Positions 18,515-26,645 of a stretch of DNA of 32,000 nucleotides are shown here, piece after piece. Made by a program: the position numbers and the translations under genes. This DNA is from Promethearchaeota archaeon (lineage in GTDB: Archaea; Asgardarchaeota; Lokiarchaeia; Sigyniarchaeales; SOKP01). Each line of letters begins with the position of its first letter. The stretch's first letter is position 1. The notes under the pieces were generated by a model that worked only from the letters and a program-made list of their open reading frames with translations, was not told where the DNA came from and did not search any database. The DNA is taken from contig JAUWGH010000011.1 of assembly GCA_030606485.1 (NCBI GenBank), forward strand, positions 33,414 to 65,413, written 5' to 3'.

Positions 18515-20784
18515 TGAAAATGTCAGATTTAAATAAACTTAGGCAATTAGCTCAAAAATTTGAGGGAGAATTCCAATATAATGAAGCTGCTAAACATTAT
18601 TTAAAAGCGGCTGAATTAGATTTAAAAAAAGGCAATAAGAATATCGCTGGAGTGGAATTTAATAGAGCTGCAAAATGTTTATATAACATTGGGAAAATTA
18701 ATGAAGCTTTAAATTATTTTGAACGTGCTCTGGAAATTGCCGATCAAGTCGGTGATTTGGCAGGTAAAATTGTTCTATTAAATAATATTGGAGAAATTTT
18801 TCATAATAAACGTGAACTTGATAAGGCATTAAAATATTTTCAACCCGCCTTAGTAATTGCTGAACAGATAGGTATGCTAGAAGGGAAAACAGCTTTATTA
18901 ACTAATATCGGAAGCATCTTATATGAAAGTGGAAAACTCGATGTAGCTCTCGATAACTTTCAACATGCCTTAAAAAATGCAGAACAGTTAGGGGATTTAA
19001 GAGCAAAAGCCACTCTTTTAATCCACCTTGGATTGATTTTTCGCGATAAGGGCGAGATTGATGAAGCTCTTCGGTCATACCAACGGGCTCTGAAAATTGC
19101 CGACCATCTAAGAGATTTGAGAATAAGTTCTAGTATATTAATCAACGTTGGAAATATATTACATGATAAGGGGAAACTCGACGAATCTATCGAGAATTAT
19201 CAACATGCATTGGAAATTTCTGAACAATTAGGCGATTTAAGGGGAAAAATAACTCCATTAACCAATATTGGGGAAATTTTTCGAGATAAAGGAAAGTTGG
19301 ATGATGCTTTTAAATATTACCAACAAGCTTTGAAAATTGCCGAACAATTAGGCGATTTAGGTGGAAAAGCTGCTCTATTAAATAACATTGGCATGGTATT
19401 TTACAATAGGGGAGAGCTAAAGGAGGCTTTAAAAAATTATCATCGTGCTTTGGAAATTGATGAACAGTCGGGATACTTGAAAGGAAAGGCTATCCGATTA
19501 AATAATATCGGTTTGGTTTTATATGATCAAGGCGAACTTGATAAAGCCTTGAAATACTATCAACATGCCTTGGAAATTGATAAAAAATTAGGAAACTTGA
19601 AAGGAAAAGCCGATCGATTAACCAACATTGGAGAGATACTAGTAAATAAGGGTGAATTCAAGAAAGCATTTGAGTGTTACCAGGATGCTTTGGAAATTGC
19701 TAAAAAATTAGGTGATTTGAAGGGTAAAGCTAATCAATTAAACAATATTGGCTTGATATATCTTGATAAAGGCAAGCTCGATAATGCACTTGAGAATTTT
19801 CAACATGCATTGGAAATTTATGAGCAAATAGGCATCTTGGGAGGCAAAGCAGCTCTATTAAACAATATAGGAACCGTTTTATTTGATAAAAATGAAATCA
19901 GTGAGGCTCTCGATTACTTACAGCGTTCATTGAATTTATTTCAGAAGAGAATTGCAGGAAAAGAATTAGACTTCAAAACTGGAATATTATCTTGTCCAAA
20001 TGCTATTTGTTCGGCAGAACTAGAAATTAAAATAATGGGTATCCAGGGAGCGATAATTGAAACATGTCCCAGATGTAATATCCAATTTTCAGTCTGGATT
20101 GATTCTATAAACTCAAAATATCAAATTGGGATACTTTCTGATGAAATTTTTGAAACAAGAAGTATTACATCGGGAACAATAGAATTCCAAGATCAAGTAG
20201 GAAGGAAAACGGAAACAACTATTTCGGAATGGTTAAAGCACGGAGCACTAACGACAGAAAACATCGCAGTTTGCCATAAAATAAGAAAAGATTTCTTAAA
20301 CTCTTGTACAAATTATTACCAAGCGGCAAGTTTATACCGTGGTCTTGGATTTTTGGAGAAATCGGAGAATATATTGAAAATCCTTGAAGATTTGTTAATT
20401 CATATTGATGAGAAAAATAGGGAAATTTTCGTCCATGAGATTGCCCAGCTTCGGAAAAGAACTTCTGAAAGCTTACGCACAAGAGATTTCTCTTACATCT
20501 TCATTTCGTGCCCAAGTTGTCAGAAAGAACACCGCGTTCAAGCCAGTCCAACTACAATTGCAACTAAAATTTGTACTCATTGCCGCGGAAAATTTTCAAT
20601 CTACTACGATGATAACACGGAAGAATTTTACACCAATATCTTAGAAAACCCAGTGGTTAAGACAAGTATTCGAGATAAGGGGTTGAAACGAGATGTTGTA
20701 AAATTTTGCGCGAGATGTGGATTAAAAGTGGGTGAAATTGCACAATATTGTGCGAGATGCGGTTTAAAAATGTTGAGAAAATAG
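18514..20784 (+). CDS. TPR protein (SNAP-like N-terminus, 10 x 40-aa TPR, three C-terminal zinc-ribbon modules)
   Basis: Ten LGDLxGKAxxLNNIG repeats; CPNAIC..CPRC, CPSC..CTHC, CARC..CARC; TAATG stop/start overlap with the upstream gene. Confidence 0.92.
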   Translation: MKMSDLNKLRQLAQKFEGEFQYNEAAKHYLKAAELDLKKGNKNIAGVEFNRAAKCLYNIGKINEALNYFERALEIADQVGDLAGKIVLLNNIGEIFHNKRELDKALKYFQPALVIAEQIGMLEGKTALLTNIGSILYESGKLDVALDNFQHALKNAEQLGDLRAKATLLIHLGLIFRDKGEIDEALRSYQRALKIADHLRDLRISSSILINVGNILHDKGKLDESIENYQHALEISEQLGDLRGKITPLTNIGEIFRDKGKLDDAFKYYQQALKIAEQLGDLGGKAALLNNIGMVFYNRGELKEALKNYHRALEIDEQSGYLKGKAIRLNNIGLVLYDQGELDKALKYYQHALEIDKKLGNLKGKADRLTNIGEILVNKGEFKKAFECYQDALEIAKKLGDLKGKANQLNNIGLIYLDKGKLDNALENFQHALEIYEQIGILGGKAALLNNIGTVLFDKNEISEALDYLQRSLNLFQKRIAGKELDFKTGILSCPNAICSAELEIKIMGIQGAIIETCPRCNIQFSVWIDSINSKYQIGILSDEIFETRSITSGTIEFQDQVGRKTETTISEWLKHGALTTENIAVCHKIRKDFLNSCTNYYQAASLYRGLGFLEKSENILKILEDLLIHIDEKNREIFVHEIAQLRKRTSESLRTRDFSYIFISCPSCQKEHRVQASPTTIATKICTHCRGKFSIYYDDNTEEFYTNILENPVVKTSIRDKGLKRDVVKFCARCGLKVGEIAQYCARCGLKMLRK

Positions 20785-20820
20785 CAAATTATTAAATAAT
20801 TTGCATAAGATTTGTTAGGT

Positions 20821-21093
20821 TTAACGTTGTTTTAAGAAATCCTCATCCAGCTTAATTTGCTCTTTCATCATTGTTAAGATAATATCGCGCACTTTAAATA
20901 TTTTTGAATCATCATATTGATCCGCTGATATTAAAGCATGAACATATTCTTTATTTTCCGAAACTTTGGAGACTATCGTGGCTACCTTAAACATACCATC
21001 TCTTAATTTATCTGGTTTTTTGCATTTTTGCAAAATTGTAATAGACTTTTTAAGTACTTTAATATCTTCTTTAATATTTTCTAAATTGCTCAA
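20821..21093 (-). CDS. hypothetical helical protein
   Basis: 90-aa ORF filling the gap, TTG start. Confidence 0.55.
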   Translation of the reverse strand: MSNLENIKEDIKVLKKSITILQKCKKPDKLRDGMFKVATIVSKVSENKEYVHALISADQYDDSKIFKVRDIILTMMKEQIKLDEDFLKQR

Positions 21094-21204
21094 TTCTAAT
21101 TCTCACTCTCTTCTTTTTATATAAAATAAAAATGAACTCGGTATTCATTAATCCTTATTCATTTATTAAATTTAAATAAAATTAAAAAATATTTGAATAT
21201 CTAT

Positions 21205-21235
21205 GGTTTAAACTTTAAATTTAAATTTTAAACCT
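21205..21235. promoter_or_regulatory. 31-bp near-perfect palindrome upstream of the LRR gene
   Basis: ggtttaaaa-c-tttaaatttaaa-ttttaaacc: perfect inverted repeat apart from one unpaired C. Confidence 0.5.
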
Positions 21236-21264
21236 CTAAAAAAGATTTTTAGTGAGTGAATTTT

Positions 21265-22560
21265 ATGGAGAAAGTTAAGTATAAAAAATTTGTATATCAT
21301 GTGGAAAATAGGGGGCTAAATTTAAGTGATTTAAAAATTAGTGATATAAGCAAGATTAAAGGACTTGAAAATCTCATGAATCTACAAATATTAGATTTGG
21401 GTGCAAATCAGATTTCTGAAATTGAAGGGCTTGAAAATCTTAAGAATTTACAAGAACTTTACTTTTATAATAATCAAATTACCGAGATTAAGAGGCTTGA
21501 AAATCTTGGGAATTTGAAAAAATTAGACCTTCGAAATAATCAAATAACTGAGATAAAAGGAGTTGAGATGCTCAAGAACCTGCAAATATTAATGCTTTCT
21601 AATAACAAAGGTTCAACTAATGGGCTGGTTATCAAAAAAAATAAAATTTCTGAGATTAAGGGTTTAGAAAAACTCACTAATTTGCAAGAATTATATTTAT
21701 CTCGTAATAATATCTCTGAAATTAAAGGACTTGAAACACTTACGAATTTGCAGAAATTAGACCTTCATTGGAATTATATAAAAGAGATTAAGGGCCTCAA
21801 AAATCTTACAAAATTGAAAACATTAAATCTACAGGATACCCTAATTACTGAGATTAAAGGGTTAGAGAATCTCACGAATTTGCATATATTAGATTTTAGA
21901 GGAAATCAAATCACAGAGATAAAAGGACTCGAAACGCTCATAAATTTGACACGCTTAACTCTTAGTAATAACCAAATCTCTAAGATCAAGGGATTCGAAA
22001 AACTTACAAATTTACAAGAATTATGGCTTGATAGAAATCAAATCTCTGAAATAGAAGGTCTTGAAACTTCCATAAATCTATGGATCTTAAATCTTGGATA
22101 TAATCAAATCTCCGAGATCAAAGGACTAGAATCTCTCACGAAACTTACAACATTTTACCTAAAAGAAAATCAAATCCCTCAAGACTTATTAAATCAATTG
22201 GGTGGTGTAGGTAAAAATGGATTTGCTAAAAGTCCTCAAAATTTGGTAGAATACTGTCGTAAAAAAAGAGAGAAGGAAGAAAAATTGGAAAAGGAATCAC
22301 TCGAAAAAATAAAAAAGATAATTAAAGTATCCACCCGAATTAAACTTGATATGCTTATAGATGCTCTTAAAATGGATACACAAACATTTAACGAAAAAAT
22401 TTTCGAATGGGCAGAAAAATTCGGTTTTACAATTGATGGGGATTATTTAATTACTAATATAGATATGGTTTCAGATTTTATAGATGAATTAGATAAACAA
22501 TTTGCCATATGGGAAAAATCAGAAAGAGAAAAAATCAAAAAATTAAATAATTCGATTTGA
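21265..22560 (+). CDS. leucine-rich repeat protein with C-terminal helical/winged-helix-like domain
   Basis: About a dozen 22-aa LxxLxxLxxLxLxxNQIxEIKG repeats; alternative GTG start at 21256. Confidence 0.92.
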   Translation: MEKVKYKKFVYHVENRGLNLSDLKISDISKIKGLENLMNLQILDLGANQISEIEGLENLKNLQELYFYNNQITEIKRLENLGNLKKLDLRNNQITEIKGVEMLKNLQILMLSNNKGSTNGLVIKKNKISEIKGLEKLTNLQELYLSRNNISEIKGLETLTNLQKLDLHWNYIKEIKGLKNLTKLKTLNLQDTLITEIKGLENLTNLHILDFRGNQITEIKGLETLINLTRLTLSNNQISKIKGFEKLTNLQELWLDRNQISEIEGLETSINLWILNLGYNQISEIKGLESLTKLTTFYLKENQIPQDLLNQLGGVGKNGFAKSPQNLVEYCRKKREKEEKLEKESLEKIKKIIKVSTRIKLDMLIDALKMDTQTFNEKIFEWAEKFGFTIDGDYLITNIDMVSDFIDELDKQFAIWEKSEREKIKKLNNSI

Positions 22561-22668
22561 AACTAAGAATAATGACCCTTATTACTAAATTTAAAATGAG
22601 AATATTTAATTAAAGCTTTTTTAATATTATACACTCTATTTAAACACAAAAAATTAAATAAATAAGAT

Positions 22669-23238
22669 ATGGGAACAGATATCCATTTATTTGTAGAAAA
22701 GAAGGAAAATAATAAGTGGATTTATGTTGGAAAACATGACATAGCTAGAAATTATCCACTCTTCGCAATTTTAGCTAATGTAAGGAATGGAATAAGAAGC
22801 GGAAAGTTTGAGCCAATTTCATATCCAAGAGGCCTTCCTAATAATGTTTCCCCAGAAGTTCGTAAAAGAGCAGATAATTGGATACTTGAGTTTCATTCAC
22901 ATAGTTGGTTTTTATTAAAAGAATTGAATCATTTTGATTGGGATGGAAAAAAAGTGAAATTTAAGGCATATGTGAATAAAATAGGTTATGATAAGTGGAA
23001 AAAAACTGGAAAACCATGGGGAGCAGCACAGTTGGCAGGTGGAAAGATAATTTCACATGAAGAGATGGAAAAATATGACCCAATAAAAAATGGTTATATT
23101 GCCCATACTATGGTGGAATGGGTGCAAACTTATCGTGAATGTTGTATTTATTTTGTTGAAGATTTTTTAAAAGAATTGAATAATATGAGTAGAGAAAATG
23201 GCGAGGATATTAGAATTATTTTTTGGTTTGATAATTAA
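22669..23238 (+). CDS. conserved phage-type hypothetical protein
   Basis: MGxDIH.FVE, RNY.LFA.LA.VRN, PRGLP, HS.SW..LKEL..FDW and RIIFWFDN pattern, recalled from phage hypothetical proteins (unverified). Confidence 0.6.
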   Translation: MGTDIHLFVEKKENNKWIYVGKHDIARNYPLFAILANVRNGIRSGKFEPISYPRGLPNNVSPEVRKRADNWILEFHSHSWFLLKELNHFDWDGKKVKFKAYVNKIGYDKWKKTGKPWGAAQLAGGKIISHEEMEKYDPIKNGYIAHTMVEWVQTYRECCIYFVEDFLKELNNMSRENGEDIRIIFWFDN

Positions 23239-23309
23239 TTCAACTATAAATGATATTGAATATACTGTTCGAAAAAGATTTTCTTGATTATTTAGGACCA
23301 TAATATTAT

Positions 23310-23399
23310 TTAGTTAAAAATTTTCTGTTCCTTTGTTAGTTTGCTTCCGCAATGCTTACAAAATTTTCGACTCTTTATCAATTCTACTGTTTCTTTCAT
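23310..23399 (-). pseudogene. out-of-frame, truncated zinc-ribbon tail of the gelsolin-coiled-coil gene
   Basis: MKETVELIKSRKFCKHCGSKLTKEQKIFN* is homologous to LIKSRKFYKNCGSKLKNRQKVC in 25493-25687; its frame is open back across the A7 run at 23425-23431. Confidence 0.7.
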
Positions 23400-23413
23400 C
23401 ACTATTGTCGTTT

Positions 23414-24322
23414 TTACCGTTTGATTTTTTTCTCTTTTTCTTTAATTTCAATGTTTTTTTTCTTAATTAAGTCTTTTAAATAATCAATCTGACTAGTTTT
23501 TCTCATATTTTCTTCCTTTAAATTAGTAATTAATAGTCTTTGTTTTTTCAACTTCTCTTGTAAATCTCTAACAAGATTATGTACAGGTATTTCCTCCTCT
23601 TTAATCTCAATTATATGACCATTTGATTTAGATCCTTTCTTTCTTTCCTGTTCTAATTGTTGCTGAAGCTGAATTTTTTCTTTTCTAAGTAAACCCATGT
23701 TAATCTTTAATTCCCTATATTTTTTTTCTGTTTCTTCTAATTTCAACTGTAATTTTTTAGCATATGCACGTTTTTTTCCGTACTTATCAATTAGATCATT
23801 TAATTTATTTAATTCTTCTCTATATGAGGATATTGATATTTCACTAATCTCTAAATCCGTTTTGAGGTGTTCAATTTCTCTATTTTTAAAATCAAATTCC
23901 TTTTTTATTTGATTTACCTCAACTCTCAGTTGATCTATGCTTTCCTCAATTTGTTCTTTTAATTCAATTCCTTCTTTTGGTTTTATTTCTTGTTTTATTT
24001 CTATTTTATCAAATTTTTTTGCAAGTTTAATACTTTTACTTCCTTCTATAAACTCAAGAAAATCACGGGGCTCTATCCCTTCGTCTACAGGCACAACTGA
24101 ATACTCCAAACCTACTTGCCCTCTAATATCTTGGCTTTTTTGAGCACCAATAAATTTCTTTCTAACTGATGATTCTGCCCCCTTCCATAACCAAATTGTT
24201 TTATCAGGGGGATCACTGATGATAATATACACTTCAAAAGTCTTCAGGATATCCTTTATATCTTTATCGATTTGTATTTCTTCTATTTCTCCAGTTTCTA
24301 ATACTTTAAATATCCGGATCAT
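23414..24322 (-). CDS. gelsolin-like domain fused to a long coiled coil
   Basis: VYIII...IWLWKGAESSVRKKFIGA..SQ.IR....VDEGIEP.DF gelsolin-repeat pattern in the first ~95 aa, then about 200 aa of heptads. Confidence 0.72.
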   Translation of the reverse strand: MIRIFKVLETGEIEEIQIDKDIKDILKTFEVYIIISDPPDKTIWLWKGAESSVRKKFIGAQKSQDIRGQVGLEYSVVPVDEGIEPRDFLEFIEGSKSIKLAKKFDKIEIKQEIKPKEGIELKEQIEESIDQLRVEVNQIKKEFDFKNREIEHLKTDLEISEISISSYREELNKLNDLIDKYGKKRAYAKKLQLKLEETEKKYRELKINMGLLRKEKIQLQQQLEQERKKGSKSNGHIIEIKEEEIPVHNLVRDLQEKLKKQRLLITNLKEENMRKTSQIDYLKDLIKKKNIEIKEKEKKIKR

Positions 24323-24452
24323 ATTTTATGCCGTTGAGATTATCATAATTTTTTTGAATGTTAATAAGATAAATTTGTTTTTTATCCATCAATGTAAAAA
24401 TGCTAATATAATTTTTAAAATCTTTCCTAATTTTCGTATATCAATAACTTCC

Positions 24453-24974
24453 TTATCTTTTAGATTTCTCATCCAATGCCATTTTTGCAATCCTAGAGAA
24501 AATTTCAGATGCTCCTTCTTTTGAAACAACCGAAGTTTCAATATAGTTCAGTTTAAAATCTTCAATTAATTTCTCAACTTCCTTGTGAGATACAGTAAAA
24601 AAATTGGAATATCTTTTATTTCCCACAAGAAGTATAGGAATACCTACAGCATTCTTCCTAACTAAGTTAATCCAATCAGGCAAATTCTCGAAAGATCTCC
24701 GATCGGCAAAATCGAAAAATAATATCAACCCTTCAGCTCCTTTAACATACTGCGGGAATAAAAATTTGTACTTTTTTTCACTTCTAAAATTCCACAATTG
24801 TAGTTTTACTTTTATATTTGCGATCTCAACATTTTTACTGAAAAAATTAACTCCAATAGTAAGGCTCAGATCCTCCTCAAATAATTTAGGCTTATTAATA
24901 TGACGTGATAAAAGCGCTTTCTTAATCCAGCCCTCGCCTAACATTAATATCTTAAATGTTTCATCAGTCTTCAT
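24453..24974 (-). CDS. Rab/Ras-like small GTPase fold with degenerate nucleotide-binding motifs
   Basis: FKILMLG, TIGVNF, KLQLW, YVKGAEG, FD...SFENL..W, ILLVGNK, YIETS scaffold; G1 GEGWIKKA, G3 WNFRS, G4 NKRY. Confidence 0.85.
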   Translation of the reverse strand: MKTDETFKILMLGEGWIKKALLSRHINKPKLFEEDLSLTIGVNFFSKNVEIANIKVKLQLWNFRSEKKYKFLFPQYVKGAEGLILFFDFADRRSFENLPDWINLVRKNAVGIPILLVGNKRYSNFFTVSHKEVEKLIEDFKLNYIETSVVSKEGASEIFSRIAKMALDEKSKR

Positions 24975-25044
24975 TTAAGATTTTTCCTCCACTCTAGTTA
25001 ATTTAAATATCAAGTCTGAAATTAATCTCTTTTTTCTTCAATAT

Positions 25045-25389
25045 TCAGGTATCAATTAAGAAATCTCCTAATCCAGCTCCTAAACGAGGATATCTGGTTG
25101 TTGATAGAACTAATATTCGATTTTTGCCCGCGGCTATTATGAGGATTAAACCATTATCTCCCTCAATCATAATTCTCTTTAGATTTCCACGAGCAACCTC
25201 TAAAACCCCACGTTCTCCTAATGAAAATATCGCAGCGGTCATAGCGGCAATTATTGTATCATCGATCACCTCGGGAAAAACACTTACAATAAGGGACCCC
25301 TCTATTGAAACAATTGCTCCAGCCTCAACGTCAGGATTGGACTTAACCAATCTTTTTAGATCTCGCTTAAGTGATTTTAAATCAACCAT
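25045..25389 (-). CDS. roadblock/LC7 domain protein, copy B (short tail)
   Basis: Near-identical to copy A through RYPRLGAGLG. Confidence 0.88.
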   Translation of the reverse strand: MVDLKSLKRDLKRLVKSNPDVEAGAIVSIEGSLIVSVFPEVIDDTIIAAMTAAIFSLGERGVLEVARGNLKRIMIEGDNGLILIIAAGKNRILVLSTTRYPRLGAGLGDFLIDT

Positions 25390-25519
25390 TAATTTTTCAT
25401 TGGATCATTATTTCTCAAATTTACTAAAAATAAATTTAGAAGATAAGTTATTTAATAATTGTGATAAGAATTAACTAAAATTTATTAACCTTTTATTCAA
25501 CCTTATTCCCGCAAATTTT
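25065..25519. repeat. second copy of the ~455-bp roadblock duplication
   Basis: See 15089-15544. Confidence 0.92.
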
Positions 25520-25687
25520 ACACACTTTTTGTCTATTTTTGAGTTTGCTACCGCAATTCTTATAAAATTTCCTGCTTTTTATTAACACTTTTGTCTCATT
25601 ATCAATTACTTTTATATTTCTATAGCCTTTTATTTTTTCTATTTCAAAGCCATCTAACGTTTTTATCAGTACATATACCTCGATCAC
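25493..25687 (-). CDS. small zinc-ribbon ORF, probably a 3' remnant (first Cys lost)
   Basis: FYKNCGSKL..QKVCKICGNKVE; GTG start. Confidence 0.5.
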   Translation of the reverse strand: MIEVYVLIKTLDGFEIEKIKGYRNIKVIDNETKVLIKSRKFYKNCGSKLKNRQKVCKICGNKVE

Positions 25688-25997
25688 GTTTTGTTCTATT
25701 TCTCTTTTTATTGGAAAAAATAAGATTTTAATGTTCTTTATATCAATGCAAAATAAAGGTTCGACAAAAATCCGACAGAAATTTAAAATCTCCTTGATAA
25801 AAGAGAGGGGAGACTAAAAGTAAAAAATAAAATTCACTAATTCTACAGCCTTTTGAAATTTTAATTCTAGAAATTGTATCTTCTCTTCATGAAAGGTATT
25901 ATTACATCTTCAACTATTGTATCCTTCGCTTTAAGATTAAAGGCTTTGGATGTTTTAAAATATTTTATTTTCAATAAAAACAAAAGGAGGGGTTAAT

Positions 25998-26555
25998 ATG
26001 ATTACGATAGAAAGTTTTCTGGATTTAAAGAATATTAAAATTCTAATAGATGTTTGCAATATATGTTATTGCCAAAAAACTGATGATGGGAAACCTATTC
26101 TTGCCAACTTAATGTCAGTTTTACATCATTTGATTAAAGAATTAGAAATCCCGAGGCATAATATTATTTGTATTTCGGATCCTGGAGTTGTTAGGTATAT
26201 GGATGATTCGAAAAAGTTCCAAAAAATGATAGATTCTGGAGAGGTCATAAAATCGCCGAAAACGGCAGATGAGTTCATTTTAGGGTTTGCACTTAGTTGC
26301 GACTTCTGTCTAATTATATCTAACGATAAATATAGAGACTATATTAAACAATTACCGAGTGAAGAATGGCTTCAAGATAGGAGTGTGAATTTTATGATAA
26401 TTAATGGTGTAACGGTTTTAAGTCCTAATATCGAATTTGAGAAATTAAGCGGTAGAGTTGGAAAAACTTTTAGTGAAAAAATTAGTGAAAATATTGAAGA
26501 ATTTATTGACATAACTAAATTAGAAAAAATTACGTTAAGTGAAAGAGATGTATAA
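25998..26555 (+). CDS. PIN/NYN RNase domain of the Zc3h12a (Regnase)/PRORP type
   Basis: LIDVCNI, ICISD, ADEFIL, IISNDKYRDY acidic motifs; AAGGAGG SD upstream. Confidence 0.8.
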   Translation: MITIESFLDLKNIKILIDVCNICYCQKTDDGKPILANLMSVLHHLIKELEIPRHNIICISDPGVVRYMDDSKKFQKMIDSGEVIKSPKTADEFILGFALSCDFCLIISNDKYRDYIKQLPSEEWLQDRSVNFMIINGVTVLSPNIEFEKLSGRVGKTFSEKISENIEEFIDITKLEKITLSERDV

Positions 26556-26645
26556 AAAACGCAATATATTTGGTGGGATATTAAAAAAAATAAAAGAAAA
26601 TTAAGAGTAAAATATATTTATAATAAACCTTAATTGGTAAATTTT

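Noticed and set aside
18514-20000. Diversity-generating retroelement explanation for TPR/WD40 variation
   Set aside because: No reverse transcriptase and no TR/VR pair with adenine-specific differences seen in this window
15148-25474. Duplicated plus-strand ORFs 15148-15471 and 25124-25474
   Set aside because: Antisense to the roadblock genes; conserved only because the DNA is duplicated
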